A stretch of 49,483 bases of DNA, the filler included, from Dimargaris cristalligena (Eukaryota): NCBI GenBank assembly GCA_003614675.1. It is 2 parts of 2 records of this genome, joined end to end, with 100 filler letters (N's around TTAATTAATTAA, not from the genome) between each part and the next. Parts side by side here need not be neighbours in the genome. Positions count along the whole stretch, not along the records: positions 1 to 24,694 come from ML002578.1; 1 more part is not named here. The stretch is one strand, 5' to 3'. The notes beneath the pieces are model-generated. The model saw only the letters and a program-made list of their open reading frames with translations, did not search any database and was not told where the DNA came from. Shown piece by piece: positions 1-12,823 of the stretch. The position numbers and the translations under genes are program-made. The stretch's first letter is position 1. Each line of letters starts with the position of its first letter.

Positions 1-268
1 AATCGAGGTCGGTATCGTCCCCTTCGGCATAGGAAGTTTCGCTATCACAGTCCTCGCTGTCCGATAAGGTTTGTTCATAAGCATGACGGACCATTGACTG
101 GGTGCATTTGGCCTCGAAGAGCCGTAGAGTGGCCCCCATGTGCTTCTTAGACGTGGACTGGACGTCCCGGTAGCGGGCCTCGATGGCGGTAAAGGTCTTT
201 TCCATACGGTCGAGAATAGCCATTTCTACGTCTGCGACGGGGATGTGGGACGCTAGTGGTAACGACAT
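1..268 (-). CDS. 5' part of an unknown protein, truncated by the window edge
   Basis: ATG at 268 opens a stop-free frame to position 1: MSLPLASHIPVADVEMAILDRMEKTFTAIEARYRDVQSTSKKHMGATLRLFEAKCTQSMVRHAYEQTLSDSEDCDSETSYAEGDDTDLD. Codons are C/G-ending as in the neighbouring genes and the upstream leader is pyrimidine-rich. No family recognised. Confidence 0.65.
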   Translation of the reverse strand, partial: MSLPLASHIPVADVEMAILDRMEKTFTAIEARYRDVQSTSKKHMGATLRLFEAKCTQSMVRHAYEQTLSDSEDCDSETSYAEGDDTDLD

Positions 269-3200
269 GGGACAGGATAAAGTATGTAGTGGATGGGGAG
301 AACGAGTCGGGGAGGGGCAGGACGGTGGGGAGTATACCGTGGGGCCTGGAGGGGGGTGAACGCTTGGCGGCAAGCTAAACAATGGATAGAAAAGAAGACA
401 GGCCGTGCAGCAGGTAAGTGCTATAAGATTTAGTATAGTGAAAGCATATGGCTGCAGAGAAGGGGATAAGAAAGAGGCGGACTAAACAAGCTTTATACAA
501 GTTGGCTGATGGGGAGGAGAGGTAGGATAATGATAGTATGGTATTAATAAAGGGAAACAAACCAGTAAGGGGAAAGCGTAGAAACACCAAAAAATAATTA
601 AAGAGGTGGGCCAAAGTGGCAATAACTCCAAGTGAAAACAAGGCCCGGAGTGACGGAAAACCAAGGAGAACACAAAAAAGGGAGGTGTAAAGAACAGTCA
701 ATATAGCGCTGGGATTTTTCCTATGTATAAGGGTAAGAAGAACGGGTGGTTTAACAGTAAAACCACAAGCTTGAGTAGTAGTAGTAGATTGAGGGAATCA
801 TAGAATACTAGGAAACGGTGGTATGTGTTACCTTGTGGTGGTGGCGAGCCGAAGTATCAAAGTAATGTTGGGTGGTGTGTGGCTATGACTACTATGTATC
901 CGACAAGGTGGAGGGGGTTTTCGTTAGGGGTGGTTTTTGGGGGGAAATGGCTAATAAACCAAGGCGAGGGAGGAGTGGGCTTGACTATGCTTTATTAAAG
1001 GGAGGGAATGGGTACCGGAGTGGAGGGAATAAATAAAGGGAGGAGGAGGATATGGCTTGAAACCTCAGGTTAAAGAGAGACGAGGGAAGAAGGCATTAAA
1101 TAGGTGGGTATTATATGTGAGTTAAGCGGGAGAAGAGGAATAGGACGTTTATTTTAGTCGTAAAAAAATGAATAACAAGGGAGAGGGAGAGACAACACTA
1201 GTATTAAAGTAGTAGGTTATATATAATTTTACTTGTGCAGTTGGAAGGAGAGAGAACCTACCCAACCTAATAACGACGAGTGTATAGATAGAGAAGGAAT
1301 AGGATAAAATAGGAAAGCGTGGCCTGTAGAGAAAGGAACCTGAGCCTCCTCAAAGAAGGGGAATAGGCGCTTATAAATGGTCCGATGTTTTCAGTCCTTA
1401 ACGATTTGGCCAATAGGTAAAGGCGAGGAGAGTGAAAGAATACCTGTGTGCATGACCAGAATGGCTAAGGAGGGAGGAGTGTGTATATGTATAGATGATG
1501 GATAATAGATGTGTGGTGCACACACCACCAGGAGCGAACATGGGGCTCAGGAGCCACATAACCCTTGCCCTCCCTCCCCTTTCCCCCACCATTACAATTC
1601 CTAATGACAAATGTCTCTTACGTATTAGTGGGCAGCGGCCAGGGCTTTCACACATGTGTAAAATGCCCCCCGCGGGCCACACCACTCCATTGATCCATGA
1701 TGAGTGAGAAAACTCCACAGTGCTATGAAAATTGAGGAAGGAGAGAAGGTCCTCCAAACCATGAAGGCTGAAGGGTAGTATAGGTGAAAGAGCTTATACA
1801 CCATTTTTTGACATGGTCAGCTTATTCATTCATAAATACCATCTGGATAATGTGAGGCTCCCTTCTACACTGGGCAGTGGTGTTTAGAGAGAGGAAGGGT
1901 AAGAAAATCCAAAAATATACTACCATCACTATCACTATTTTAATGTAGAAGCAGCTCGGAAATTAGAGCCACTGATGGTTTGGCAATCCGGTTGGTGGTG
2001 GGAAATATTATGATGCTACCTGATAGGATAGGAACCCGAGTTTGGCTGGTAGTGATTAAAAGCAAAGGCCCTCCTCCCGTTTTGATTTCCTAAGGATAAT
2101 AATGGCATGGGGGAGTAGCATAGAATCCAACCCTAGAGATGGAAGATTGGAAAGCGACCAGTGCCCAATCTTATACTATACGGCATGGGTGGCTGTTTGA
2201 ATACAATTGGTGGAGAGGAAGGGAAGAGAGAAAGGAAAGCCACCCATGAAAAAAGGGGGAGAGCAGGGGCAAATGGCCCTGCCCCGAAGAGAGAATGCAG
2301 GAGGAGAGGGAGCCCCACCCTGAATAGCCGAGCTGGAAATGTGGTAAAGGAATAAGCAGCAATTGGTGGGGGGCTCTTGGGCAGCTGTACTTTTAGAATA
2401 AATAGGAGGTGGATATATGCGTGTTTATTTATAGATGTATAAATATATATATAAATGCCAGGATATAGTTCACTAAGCCTGGGTCTTGTGATATTACCTG
2501 CCGCCTCAGACAATATAAATGAATGGTGGTGCGGAGAGAAAGCTAATTAGGTGGACTGAAGGATAATCAGTGTTGTCCATATTTACTTTACCGTGGCCAA
2601 ATAAACTGATATTCTGCTGCATGTAGAAGAGAGAGAGAGAGAATAACAGCTTGAAGGGGCATTTGGCCTTTAAATATCAATCGAAAGAAAGGGAAGGAGG
2701 GGCTAGGTGCATACAGCCAGGTCATTTTACTCTATGCAAGGATACTTTGGGTGTATGCGCATGCCGTCACCCCCCGCTCGTTGACCTCTGTTGAATACAA
2801 TGACTTTGATGGTTGACCTGGTCAGAGAAACGAGGGTTGACTTGACTTTCCAGCTCCGGAACGGAAATTTAAAGCGCGGCTACAACGGATAAAATGGCTT
2901 TACATATGTATGGCATTGTACGTCTCTTTTCCCCAGTCTCGGTAACACTGGTTGGTGTTTGGTGGAGTTGGCACATCAGCAATAAAAGAGGATGATAGGC
3001 TTTTTAGCCCGTGAAGATCGCCCCCCTCAAGTAGAAAGGTGATGTTATACTCTCCAACTTCGCTGAGTCCATTCAGCCCGCATGGATTAGCACCGTCTGA
3101 ATTTGGTGGTGTGCCTACCACAATCATCTCCCCTCCCCCGTATTTCATTGGTCTAATTGATGTATATATAGTAGACTTGGCCCTCCCATTTGCTTCCTGT

Positions 3201-3530
3201 TTGCCAATCACCAGAAACGCACCTATCCGGCCCATCGAACTCATCCGCAATCCACCAAATCCCCCAATGTACTATTAATCATAATAAACACTCCTTAAAA
3301 CACAGTAACAGGGCATAATACCGCCAACGGTCGGCCCACTTATATATCTATATAAAAATAAAAATTGTTAGATAAACAGCATAGCAATATACATCATCAC
3401 TATTACTAAAATGAAATGCAGTGGCATAACACATAGCTCGGTCTCGATATTGTGGTACGACAATTACCCTGGGTTAGGAGGAGTATCGCTATAGTCAGGT
3501 GGAAGGCTCCCTTGCTTTAACTATCACCGC

Positions 3531-3555
3531 CATCATCATCATCATCATCATCATC
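3531..3555. repeat. (CAT)n microsatellite
   Basis: Direct tandem catcatcat run. Confidence 0.85.
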
Positions 3556-4879
3556 CTCAAACACGGGATACTCCGCCCCTTGCATAACCAATCATGCCTC
3601 GGCCCAATAACTACCATAGTATGACCTGATCACCGCTCGGGTCTAATAGTATAGATCCCCTGTATCCATGGTCCGCTTAATGGCCTGATATCGGGATGTG
3701 TGCTTTGCTGGGTATAGTAATATTGGGACAAGGCGTCTCTCCATACGGACCAGTTTTATGGTCAATTACCGTAAAAATCACATGCAGGTCTCGCCTTCAA
3801 AATATAGTAATTAGGTGTACTGTCATTTTTTTCCTGCCCAACTTCACAGTCCTAAACAGGCTCTAAGTATTCTATCAGCTCTGTGGGGCCGTATAGATGT
3901 TAATGCATGCCCGTATTTCTCCTAAAAGACCTAACCTGGAAAGTACATCGAAGAGTCTCGTATATAGCGAAAACCAATACATTTATGAATTCAGGCTGGA
4001 CCATAGTGTCCGTCATTAAACACACATATAGACATAATGCCATTGAATAAAGTGCTAAATCAACTAAGTATATGAGGGGGACATTTCGAAGTTTGCTAAT
4101 TGATGAACAAGGTGCGACATAACGAGATTCTGATAGTAGGTTTTCCTTATATATCTTTTTTTTTGTTCTGACAATAATAATAATAATTACTATAGTAATG
4201 TAGACATGTACTGGCTTACATAATTGTATGCGAAATGTCCGGAAGCCATAGTACAGATAACAATGACAAATTAATCTATTTGGGTTAATTACGCGGAAAT
4301 CACAAGAGGAGGGAAACAAAAATGCCAAGGTTGAATACCAAAACCAATCTAGAGTAAAGGAAAGCCATAAATAAAGAGAGTAGGACGGCACATAAGAAAA
4401 GAGAAGAGAGGAAGAGAGAGAGAGAGAGAGAGAGGGTGTGTGGTAGTAAAGGATTTAGCATAAATAAAAACAACAGCTAGCGCATTGAAGAGAAAACAAA
4501 ATGAAAATTACTTCTTATAAAGAGATGACGATATATATATATGTGTGTGTTATATCCATCAGTGACCATAGATTATCAGCTGGTATCAGTTAGGCTGCAT
4601 CGATTAAAGCGCACCTCCTCATTATCCCACCTTGGTCAATCCGGAAGTAGGACCCCCACCATGCATAGACATGTAGTGGTCGACGCATTATAGGCCATAC
4701 TTGATTATACTCGGATTGGCCTTCACACCGATATATATATAAATATGCAGGTGTTTGTATATAATAGAGGACAAGGGGAGAGATTGCAGAACGAGTGAGA
4801 GAACACGAGTGAACGACTGCCGTCAGTACAAGAAGGTAAAGAGCATCACCCTTTATTCAAACTCGGTTACCGCCGTCGA

Positions 4880-4912
<33 letters not shown>

Positions 4913-4940
4913 GTAGGGAAAATGACAACGACGCCGCCTA

Positions 4941-5983
4941 CTACATGATGCTGCACCGACCCTTGCTCCGCCGTTTATAGGCCTCAACGTATTGGAGTTG
5001 CTTCCGATTAATGGCGCCATTCCGCTTGGACCGGATGAACTGCACCGAATCGAGGGGCGACATGCCGTATTCAATCAACGCAATGGCCACTAAAATCGGG
5101 GCCCGCCCGAGGCCCGCCACGCAGTGCACGGCAATAGTGGCATTGTGGGGGTTACTACCGTCGACCTCAAACCGCTTTTGCACTAGCCTAAGCCACTGGT
5201 CCACGATATGGGGCGGCGGCGGGGCACCGTCCGGGAAGGACCAGTCGTGTACTTCGATGTTCCTGGCCTCCAGGAGGTGCTTGGAGTAGGTTGCATCGCA
5301 GGCCCGGACAATGTCCGTCACCTTGTAGCGCTCCATCTCCTGTATGCACGGGAGTGGGAAGGGACGTGTAATAATATATATATATATATATGGGGTACAG
5401 CGGGGTTGGTTAGTGCTACCGAACAGAACAGAGCAGATGGAGTGAAGGGGGCTAGCTATGGAGCGGTATGGTATAGTATTTCCCCCTTCCCTTCGCTAGG
5501 TGGATGATAGCCACGGGATCCTAGAACCTGGGTCACTCAGCCAGACCCAAATGAAACCGGTGGGTGGGGAAAAGCCGCACTGAATCAGGCAGGGCCGTAT
5601 GATATGGCAGATAGGGTCAGGGGGGTTGAACCAAGGGGAGAACAACTCCCCCGCCTTTCCAGTCGGCTGGTGAAGCAAATAGGAAAAGGCGAGGAGAGAA
5701 TAAGGGAATAGAGCGGAGGATAGTCGCGTTCCATCCTTCCAATAGAAGGGGGAGGAATGCCCTCTCCACCACACTAACCCCATAACAGTAAAGGAGTTTA
5801 AGGGCCGAGCAAATAAGCCACCCCCAAAAAAAGCGCATACATCCACTAACATACCTTCAAATAGATGGGCAGGGTGTTGTTCGATGGGGCATCGAGAATC
5901 AGGAACTTCAGGCCCTGGTACTCCACATAAGTAGGCGGGGTGATGAGCCGCTGGTTTTTTACGGATGGCATGGGTCGAGACAT
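4941..5983 (-). CDS. PTP4A/PRL: PRL / PTP4A-family prenylated protein tyrosine phosphatase, ~175 aa; exons 5983-5855 and 5339-4941
   Basis: Exon 1 (MSRPMPSVKNQRLITPPTYVEYQGLKFLILDAPSNNTLPIYLK) splices GTATGT...CAG in phase 0 onto EMERYKV. Motifs: WSFPDG loop, the PRL-type P-loop VHCVAGLGRA, GAINRKQL, a polybasic tail and the CAAX box CSIM. Confidence 0.95.
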
Positions 5984-5997
5984 TGCGGTACGATCAT
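5959..5997 (-). promoter_or_regulatory. uORF overlapping the PRL start codon out of frame (MIVPQCLDPCHP*)
   Basis: ATG at 5997 lies 14 nt upstream of the main ATG (5983), just after a pyrimidine-CAG acceptor at 6001-6003. Its TAA is at 5961-5959. Confidence 0.6.
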
Positions 5998-6295
5998 TCC
6001 CTGGGAGAGGTACGATTCAAACACGGGCTGGGCTGGGAGGGCTCGAGTGGAGTGAAACTATGAGGGGGAGTGTGGAAGAAGCCTGCCTTGACACGACGAT
6101 AGGGACCAGGGGATTGGAAGGAGAGGCAGGTGGTTTTTGGAGCGGGTAGGTAGGAGGGGGCTATTGAGTTGGAGAGAGTAGCGGAGAGTGTAGGTGGGTG
6201 TGGTAGCAGCGACGACGGCAGGAAGGCTAACAACAAGGAGGGGGAAGGCGTTGAAGTTATCCCATTGATAATCGGCACGGGAAGGGTATAGTACC

Positions 6296-6343
6296 TTATG
6301 GATGGAAGGTGGTGGTGTGTCCTACTACCGGGAAAACTTGCAT
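6296..6343 (-). promoter_or_regulatory. uORF in a predicted PRL 5' UTR exon (MQVFPVVGHTTTFHP*)
   Basis: ATG 6343 to TAA 6296. The predicted exon (6480-6295) is bounded by a GCTAAC...CAG acceptor (6481-6483) and an AAG|GTACTA donor at 6294. Confidence 0.5.
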
Positions 6344-7059
6344 ATGTGGATAATAAAGGCGAGGGATTAAAGGAAGGTGGGGAGGGGAGAAAGGCGGGTC
6401 GGTCGTCTCTCTCGCTCTCGCGGGTTACTCAGTAGAGATAATAATAGTGAAGGGCTGGTGGTGGGAAGTCAAAAAGAGAGCTGAGCAACAGAATACAAGA
6501 CCAGGAAACAAGGAAGTAGTTAGCAGTAGTAGTGAGAGGAGAGTGAGTATAAGCAGCCTCAAAGGAGTGGAGCTGAAGTATATATATGTAATCTAACTTG
6601 GGTATAAATCAAAGCCAGGAGAAGGTAAGCGATGTTGGGGAGCAATAAGGAGAGGGGAAAAGATATTAAAGTTAAAGCAATCGACCAGAAGATTAACAAG
6701 GGAATGGGAAAAGAGTATGGAAAAGTAATACAGGCGCAAAATTGGGGGAGGAAAGGAGAAACTAAGCGAAAAAGCAGGCCCTGTGTGTATAGGTTGTTGG
6801 GATACCACCACTAAAATTCTATTGAGCAAGGGTGGGTGGCATGGGATGGGATGGGGCTAACTGATGATGATATGTGGTACTTTTGTGAGGGGGGAGAGAG
6901 GCCGAGGGTGTGTGATGGGCGAGAAAATACACCGGCAGTGTCGAGCCGATGGTTACCAAAGATACTATGGTGGGGGGAGGCCTTTATATCGATGTGTGTG
7001 AGGCGAGTGAGGGATGGCCCAAAATGCACAACGTTGTACAGTATATATAGTAAGCCTTC

Positions 7060-7112
7060 CCAAGCTAAGCTAAGCCAAATCAAGTCAAGTCAAGCCAAGC
7101 CAAGCCAAGTCA
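7060..7112. repeat. Degenerate pentamer tandem repeat (CAAGC/CAAGT) upstream of PRL
   Basis: caagctaagctaagccaaatcaagtcaagtcaagccaagccaagccaagtcagg read directly. Confidence 0.75.
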
Positions 7113-8300
7113 GGTCAAAGGAAGGGAAACAATAGTGGGGTTCCAACAACAAGGATTTAGTTAGTATGTCAATAATTAGATTAGTGCTATTAACTAGCGG
7201 CTGGTTGGTGTATATGTCACTGGGTGGTAGCCCCTTCTTATATTATATATCTCTCACGTTCTCCCGATACCGATATGCGTGTCGGCGGACCACGGGAATG
7301 GCACGGCCTGCATTCCATTCCATTGCATCCATAGAGAGAGAAATCGTTCGTTCGGATTTAATATCATTATCATAAATATCAAATTAAAAAATCCGCCAGA
7401 ATCATGAGGCAGCTGACCAAATCAACTGACTCACCACTTCCCTTTTCTCCTATTCATTGTCACTGGCCAAGAAGGAGTAGAGCGTCCAAGCTGGTTTTGA
7501 ATACTGCTCTTCTACCATTTTTACCTAATCCGTCCCTGTTTTAGACTCCCGGCCCTAGGGCGGAGGCTCTATTTTTACCATTCTCCCCCCGCACATTCAC
7601 AGCTACCAACGCGGCTTTTCACACTGGCCAAAATAGCAACCCCCCTGCTGTTCTAATAATAATACAGTAGAGAGGGAAAGAGAAAATACGGGGCTTACAG
7701 TATATCTGGGCGAATAGCTATTTCAAAGGTCCCGATCCCCGCCGAAAGCCCACTCTCTATACCCTCCTCCTTGTACACCACCTCTCAGCAAAGTGGAAGA
7801 GAGTAGGACCCGGTCCCTTGGTTGGAATCAGGTCCTTCCACTCTTATCAGGTATAATCCGAGAAGTAGTAGTAGCCCCCTTTCAATTAGTCCACTAACTC
7901 CCCCGCGTTCTTTTCCCGAATCCATTATTACCACACTCTATACCCCCCTTCTTCTCCTCTTCCTCCTCCAGCCCCGAAAAAAAAATGTTTCATTTTTGTA
8001 CTCCCCTCCCTCCCACTCACCCTCCCCCAAATCACTGGCAACACCTCAGTCACTCGGCAGCCAATGGACCTCCCCACAGTACCACAAGAAGAGGCAAGAG
8101 AAGGGGGGAGAGGGAGGGGAAAGGACCCAAACTGCTTAGATTACAGCACCCGTCCAAGTGAATAGAAAAGGCCGCCGTTGCAACGGATTATAAATTCAAA
8201 GTATCCTCCGAGTCGATGCTTCCGGTGCTATAATTATTAATATTATTATCACTAGTGTATCAACTCTCAACTCATTCGTACAGTATATCGGATTATATAG

Positions 8301-10072
8301 TTAAGACATGGGCAGCCCACTGGCTTGGCAAAGTTGTCGCATTAGAGCCGGCGTAACGGGTTCTCCGGTTATCTATGATGGATGGGGTAGTCCGAAAATT
8401 GTATACAGCACACATAATTATAGATACATTAATAAACGGACAGGGCGTAAGGGCTAACAATCCCCGTGATTCCCCAGCCCCGAGTCATCGAACAGACCGG
8501 CCATATCCAAACGGTACACTATAACTATAACTATGCCTATATATATATATATATAATCGTTATTAATCTACCTCAGCTATGAATCCGGCCATTTGGCGTG
8601 GGGGGTATTCCACTTTAGCCCGGGGCCCCCACCGGTATTCGACCGTTCCTGAATAGGCCTCTCCCCCTCCGGAGGATGCCGCCGCTGAATTTCCACCACC
8701 ATGGGTACCACCGCTGCCTTGGCCATCACCATGGCCCAGGTTAATCCGTTCGAGATACCCCGTTTTAACCAGGGGCGCGAGAACAGTGGCAAAGGGGTAC
8801 TTTTCCTCTAAGGCCATATTAGGTGGTTGGACATCCAGTTTTTGAAGGTAGTATTCCAATCGATCTATACACGTGTAGTGGTAAAGTGGTGCTAGTGTGA
8901 GTGTTAGTGTGGGGGAGAGGGTTCTTTTTGGTTCGCTTGGTCCTTAAGTAAATCCATCTATATTATACTAGAGATGATGGATACTGTATACAGGAACCGA
9001 TAACCTTACCTGACGTTAAACTCATATTATTCAGAAAAATGAGGCTGAGCACTGTCGCCGTAATTCCCATCTGGCGGTTTTCGTTACTCCAGTCGAGAAC
9101 CCCCGGACCAGCCCCTTGGTTATAGTCGAGTACATTGCATAGCACCCAACCAAGTTTGACTTGGCTTTTTTCCTTCGATGCGGCCGCTAAATATCAATAT
9201 AATTGGGTTACAGCTGAGCAAGGCGGGTTAGTTATAATGTAGGTGTGATTTAGCGATAAATTTTAGGTTTAGTCCGGTTAGGAGCTATAGACAACAAAAC
9301 GAAAAAAAAAAGCCATAGTCACTCTTGGTTCAATTACCTCGTCGGGACACCTGACTAGTCGCGTTGGTGCCTTTCTCTCGAGCAGGAAGCTCAACGAGTT
9401 CCATGCCGAATATATCGCGGAGGCGTTTCTGGGCAGCCGCGAAAACTACCGGAAAGGACCGGGTGTTTTCGACCAGAACTGGATACACCAAAACAACGCG
9501 AACATTAGGAAAGACGGGAATGAGGAAATATTTGACAAGGTAAATCCAAAAGCCGGTAGGAAAATCGGGCAATTGTAAACAGACTGGCCGGGGGGGGATA
9601 GTGGTATGGTATTGTAAACACCGCGAATATCAACCGCAAGTAAAGACCAAAATGACGGTAGAGTAAGGGGGGGAGGTCCTCAGCTTAGTGTAGACGGTTT
9701 AAGTGACTTACTTTTTTTGTTAATGTCGTCGCGTTTGATGATTTGCCTGCGGTATTCGGAAAAGAGGGCATACCGGACTACATCGCATGCTTTGCGCTCA
9801 AGAACCTAAATCAGGAAGGTGTAAATATCTAGCTATTGTGGTTTAGATGCCTATCTATCTATGTATCCATCTGTGTCAGTATCTGTTGTTGGAATTACTG
9901 GGGCGGAGTGGAAAATGGGTTGACAGGGCCCTTGGATAAAGGCGGCGTAAACTTGGGCTTGGTGTTTAGTTCACTGGTTTATAAACTACACTGTAGCTCT
10001 TACTTCGCTGAGAGGGGCCTCGACCTCATTTGTTTCAAGGACTGGGCTTGAACTGGGGCCGTGTTGGGACAT
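8301..10072 (-). CDS. NSE3: NSE3/MAGE-family Smc5/6 complex subunit, ~281 aa; exons 10072-10004, 9805-9712, 9478-9338, 9186-9010, 8864-8572, 8372-8301
   Basis: Phase-consistent GT-AG model. MAGE/Nse3 motifs: DVVRYALFSEYRRQIIKRDDI, FAAAQKRLRDIFGMELVEL, GITATVLSLIFLN, LVKTGYLER, YRWGPRAKVE. The last exon (ITGEPVTPALMRQLCQASGLPMS*) is less certain because its donor is the weak GTAGAT. Confidence 0.9.
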
Positions 10073-12034
10073 GGTTGGTATAATTACAATTTAAAGGGCG
10101 AAGCAGTCGAGAGGTCAATGTGCTTGGGGGGCAGTTACGGGATTGGCCGTTACCAAGGTGGCGAGTAGGCAAACGGGGGTGTTGGTCGAGAAGAATTCAA
10201 GTAAAGAATGCGTGGGTAATAACAGTGGATAAGCTGAATTCCCTACTTGGCGCTGGGCACCTTTCTTCCAAGTTAACCTCTTCCATCTTTCCAACACCGT
10301 TCGTTGTCTAGTACCCCCATACTCTGAAATCGGGATAGGATAGGTCACGTTATTTAAACTAGATGGGAGGGGGTGTATTGTAGAGGTATGCGGCCTTGGC
10401 TGTTGTTTATAGACATTGTGGTAGACCAGCGGCTGTGTATGCGTTTAACTGAGTTTAATACTAAAGCAAGCCCTGCACTCTTAATCCGGACGTGGCATGA
10501 TGCGGCAAATTAGGTCAAGAGGCATATATCCTTCGGTAGGCCAAGCTATCAACAGTATAGGTAACTGATGATGTAAAGTCCTTTTATGGCATGCTTCGTA
10601 GAGTCAACCGGGATGACTAAGGCATAAAAGTAAGGGACCACCCCATTTAATAAGCCCATTGCGACTCAAGTGGGATTAGCCAGGACCACGGAAAAGGAGC
10701 TTGGCTGGGGGGAGAGGTTCTTCCCTCCAATATACGGGGATAGAGTATCAAATAGATCAGGCCAGTACGAATCAGGTGACTTGCGTGGTGGCGGGATCAT
10801 CCTCCCTGCATAGTCGGGGATTGGTTCGACATGGGATGCTGTTATTTTGTTTACATTTTCCCCGGTTGCATGGACATAGCTGTGGTTTTAATTGAAGGGG
10901 TAAAATGGTGGGGAGATCAGCCATTCCATAATCAACAAACCGGATGAGGCGTTTGGTTTTGTCATTCCGAAGGCGTTGTGTTATTGTTTTTATATTTGTC
11001 CTTACCCCCTCCTTCTCCTCCTGCTTATAGCATAGTATAGTATAATATAGTTCGGTTTGCGCAAGGGTAAGACGAGACCGACCAGAGCAAAGCAGTAAAT
11101 ATCCCGGGCTCTATAGTGTGTAGTCGCATACCGAAAGATGAAGCTGGAAGGGGTTTCCCGGAATGTAATCGTAAATGGCTTTGCGTCGATAAAAAAGCCC
11201 GTTCGATCACCCTGCATCATCATCATCATCGAAACTCCGCTTGGTTGTGGGGTAACACCAGCGACGCGTCTGTGGTGGGGGAAGTTGGCCGCGGCGATTA
11301 AAATTAATTTATACGGATTGCCAAGCCAATCGAGGTCGGCATAGTATTCGCTGCCGAAGTGGGGGCCTTTGGCTAATAATCACCGGCAGTGGACTTTATT
11401 TATTAGTTCCTGGCTATGGGAAGGCGCACGCGCTCGCGTCTCCCGCCTTGTTGTCTTATCTTCTCTTTACCCCCGTCGATGTACGCGTGTACGCGCATAA
11501 GCGGCAGTGGTGGTCCCTGTTCCCCGGATGGTGTGGTGGGTATATCAAGGGACCCCTTCCACAGTCGTGGCCCTGGTCGTGTTTGGCCTCCTGGATACTG
11601 CCCTGCCTTAACTGTTCGCTGTGATCTTCATCTCTTCTTTTCTTCTCTCTTGTTCTCTTCTCTAATATAGTCTTACTATTACCCTCACTGTCTAATCCGC
11701 CGCCCCGCCCATCTCTCTTGTCTCCACTCCATCTCCTTTTCCTTCGTCTTTTGTCTATTCTCCGGATTACTTGTATTCCACTTCTCTTTCAACTCAACTC
11801 AACCCAGCCCAGCCCGCCAAGTTGCCTCATTCCCTCGTCTAAGCTCCGCACCGTTCTTCCCGCCTCTATCGGCCCACCCAGTCGCCCCGAACCCCTTACT
11901 GTCAGTGCTGTTGACGGCTACTGTCCGAAAGCCCTCCTAGTTTTCAACCTCTCCCCGTTTCCCTACCGTCTGGTCGAGCGACCCGTATTTCGCGTGTCCT
12001 CACCTCTTCGTCAATAGCACACATACCCTCTACC

Positions 12035-12823
12035 ATGAGCCGTGTAAGTCATTATTCTAAATCCACACGCATATACATATTTATATCTATATATACCATG
12101 ACTATATGCGCATTATATTTAATATTTGCTACACTTTCCTCGCTATCCCAGCTATAACCCCCCGTCCCCTCACTAACTGTACCCACTCCCCTGTAAAATA
12201 CCCCATTCTCCATATCTACCCAGGTCATTCGCCGAGGCCCCCCGGACGCCCGCAAGAAGTTGGTCATTGTCGGCGACGGTAGTTGCGGCAAAACCTGCCT
12301 ACTGATCATCTTCTCCACCAACATTTTCCCCGAAAAATACATCCCCACCGTCTTCGAAAACTATATCGCCGACGTGGAATACGACGGCAAGCGGATTGAG
12401 CTTGCCCTATGGGACACCGCCGGCCAGGAGGACTACGATCGGTTACGCCCCCTCTCCTACCCCGAAACTGATGTCATCCTCATTGCTTTTTCGGTTGACT
12501 CCCCCCTGTCCCTCAAGAACGTCAAAGACCGCTGGTACCCCGAGGTGTCCCACTTCTGCGGGGATATTCCGACCATCTTGGTCGGCCTAAAAACCGACCT
12601 GCGTTACGACGCCGAAGTCAACAACGACTTGGCCATGTTTGGTCAGAAACCCGTGACGTACGAGCAGGGCGAGGCCATGGCTCGGCAAATCAACGCTAAA
12701 AAATACATGGAATGTTCGTCCAAGACTCGGCAGGGGGTCGATGATATATTTGAGGCGGCCACGAAACTGGCCATGTCCAATGGGCTGCAGCGGCTACGAA
12801 AGAAGATGTGTATTGTTCTCTGA
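12035..12823 (+). CDS. rho4: Rho-family small GTPase, Rho4-like, ~202 aa; exons 12035-12043 and 12224-12823
   Basis: Micro-exon ATG AGC CGT|GTAAGT, CTAAC branch point, CAG| acceptor. Motifs [42 protein letters not shown] and CAAX CIVL. YPETD and WYPEVSHFC resemble fungal Rho4; the subfamily call is by eye. Confidence 0.9.

Noticed and set aside
1698-1772. ATGATGA...CTGA spacing like a box C/D snoRNA
   Set aside because: No convincing terminal stem or recognisable rRNA guide, and such boxes occur by chance.
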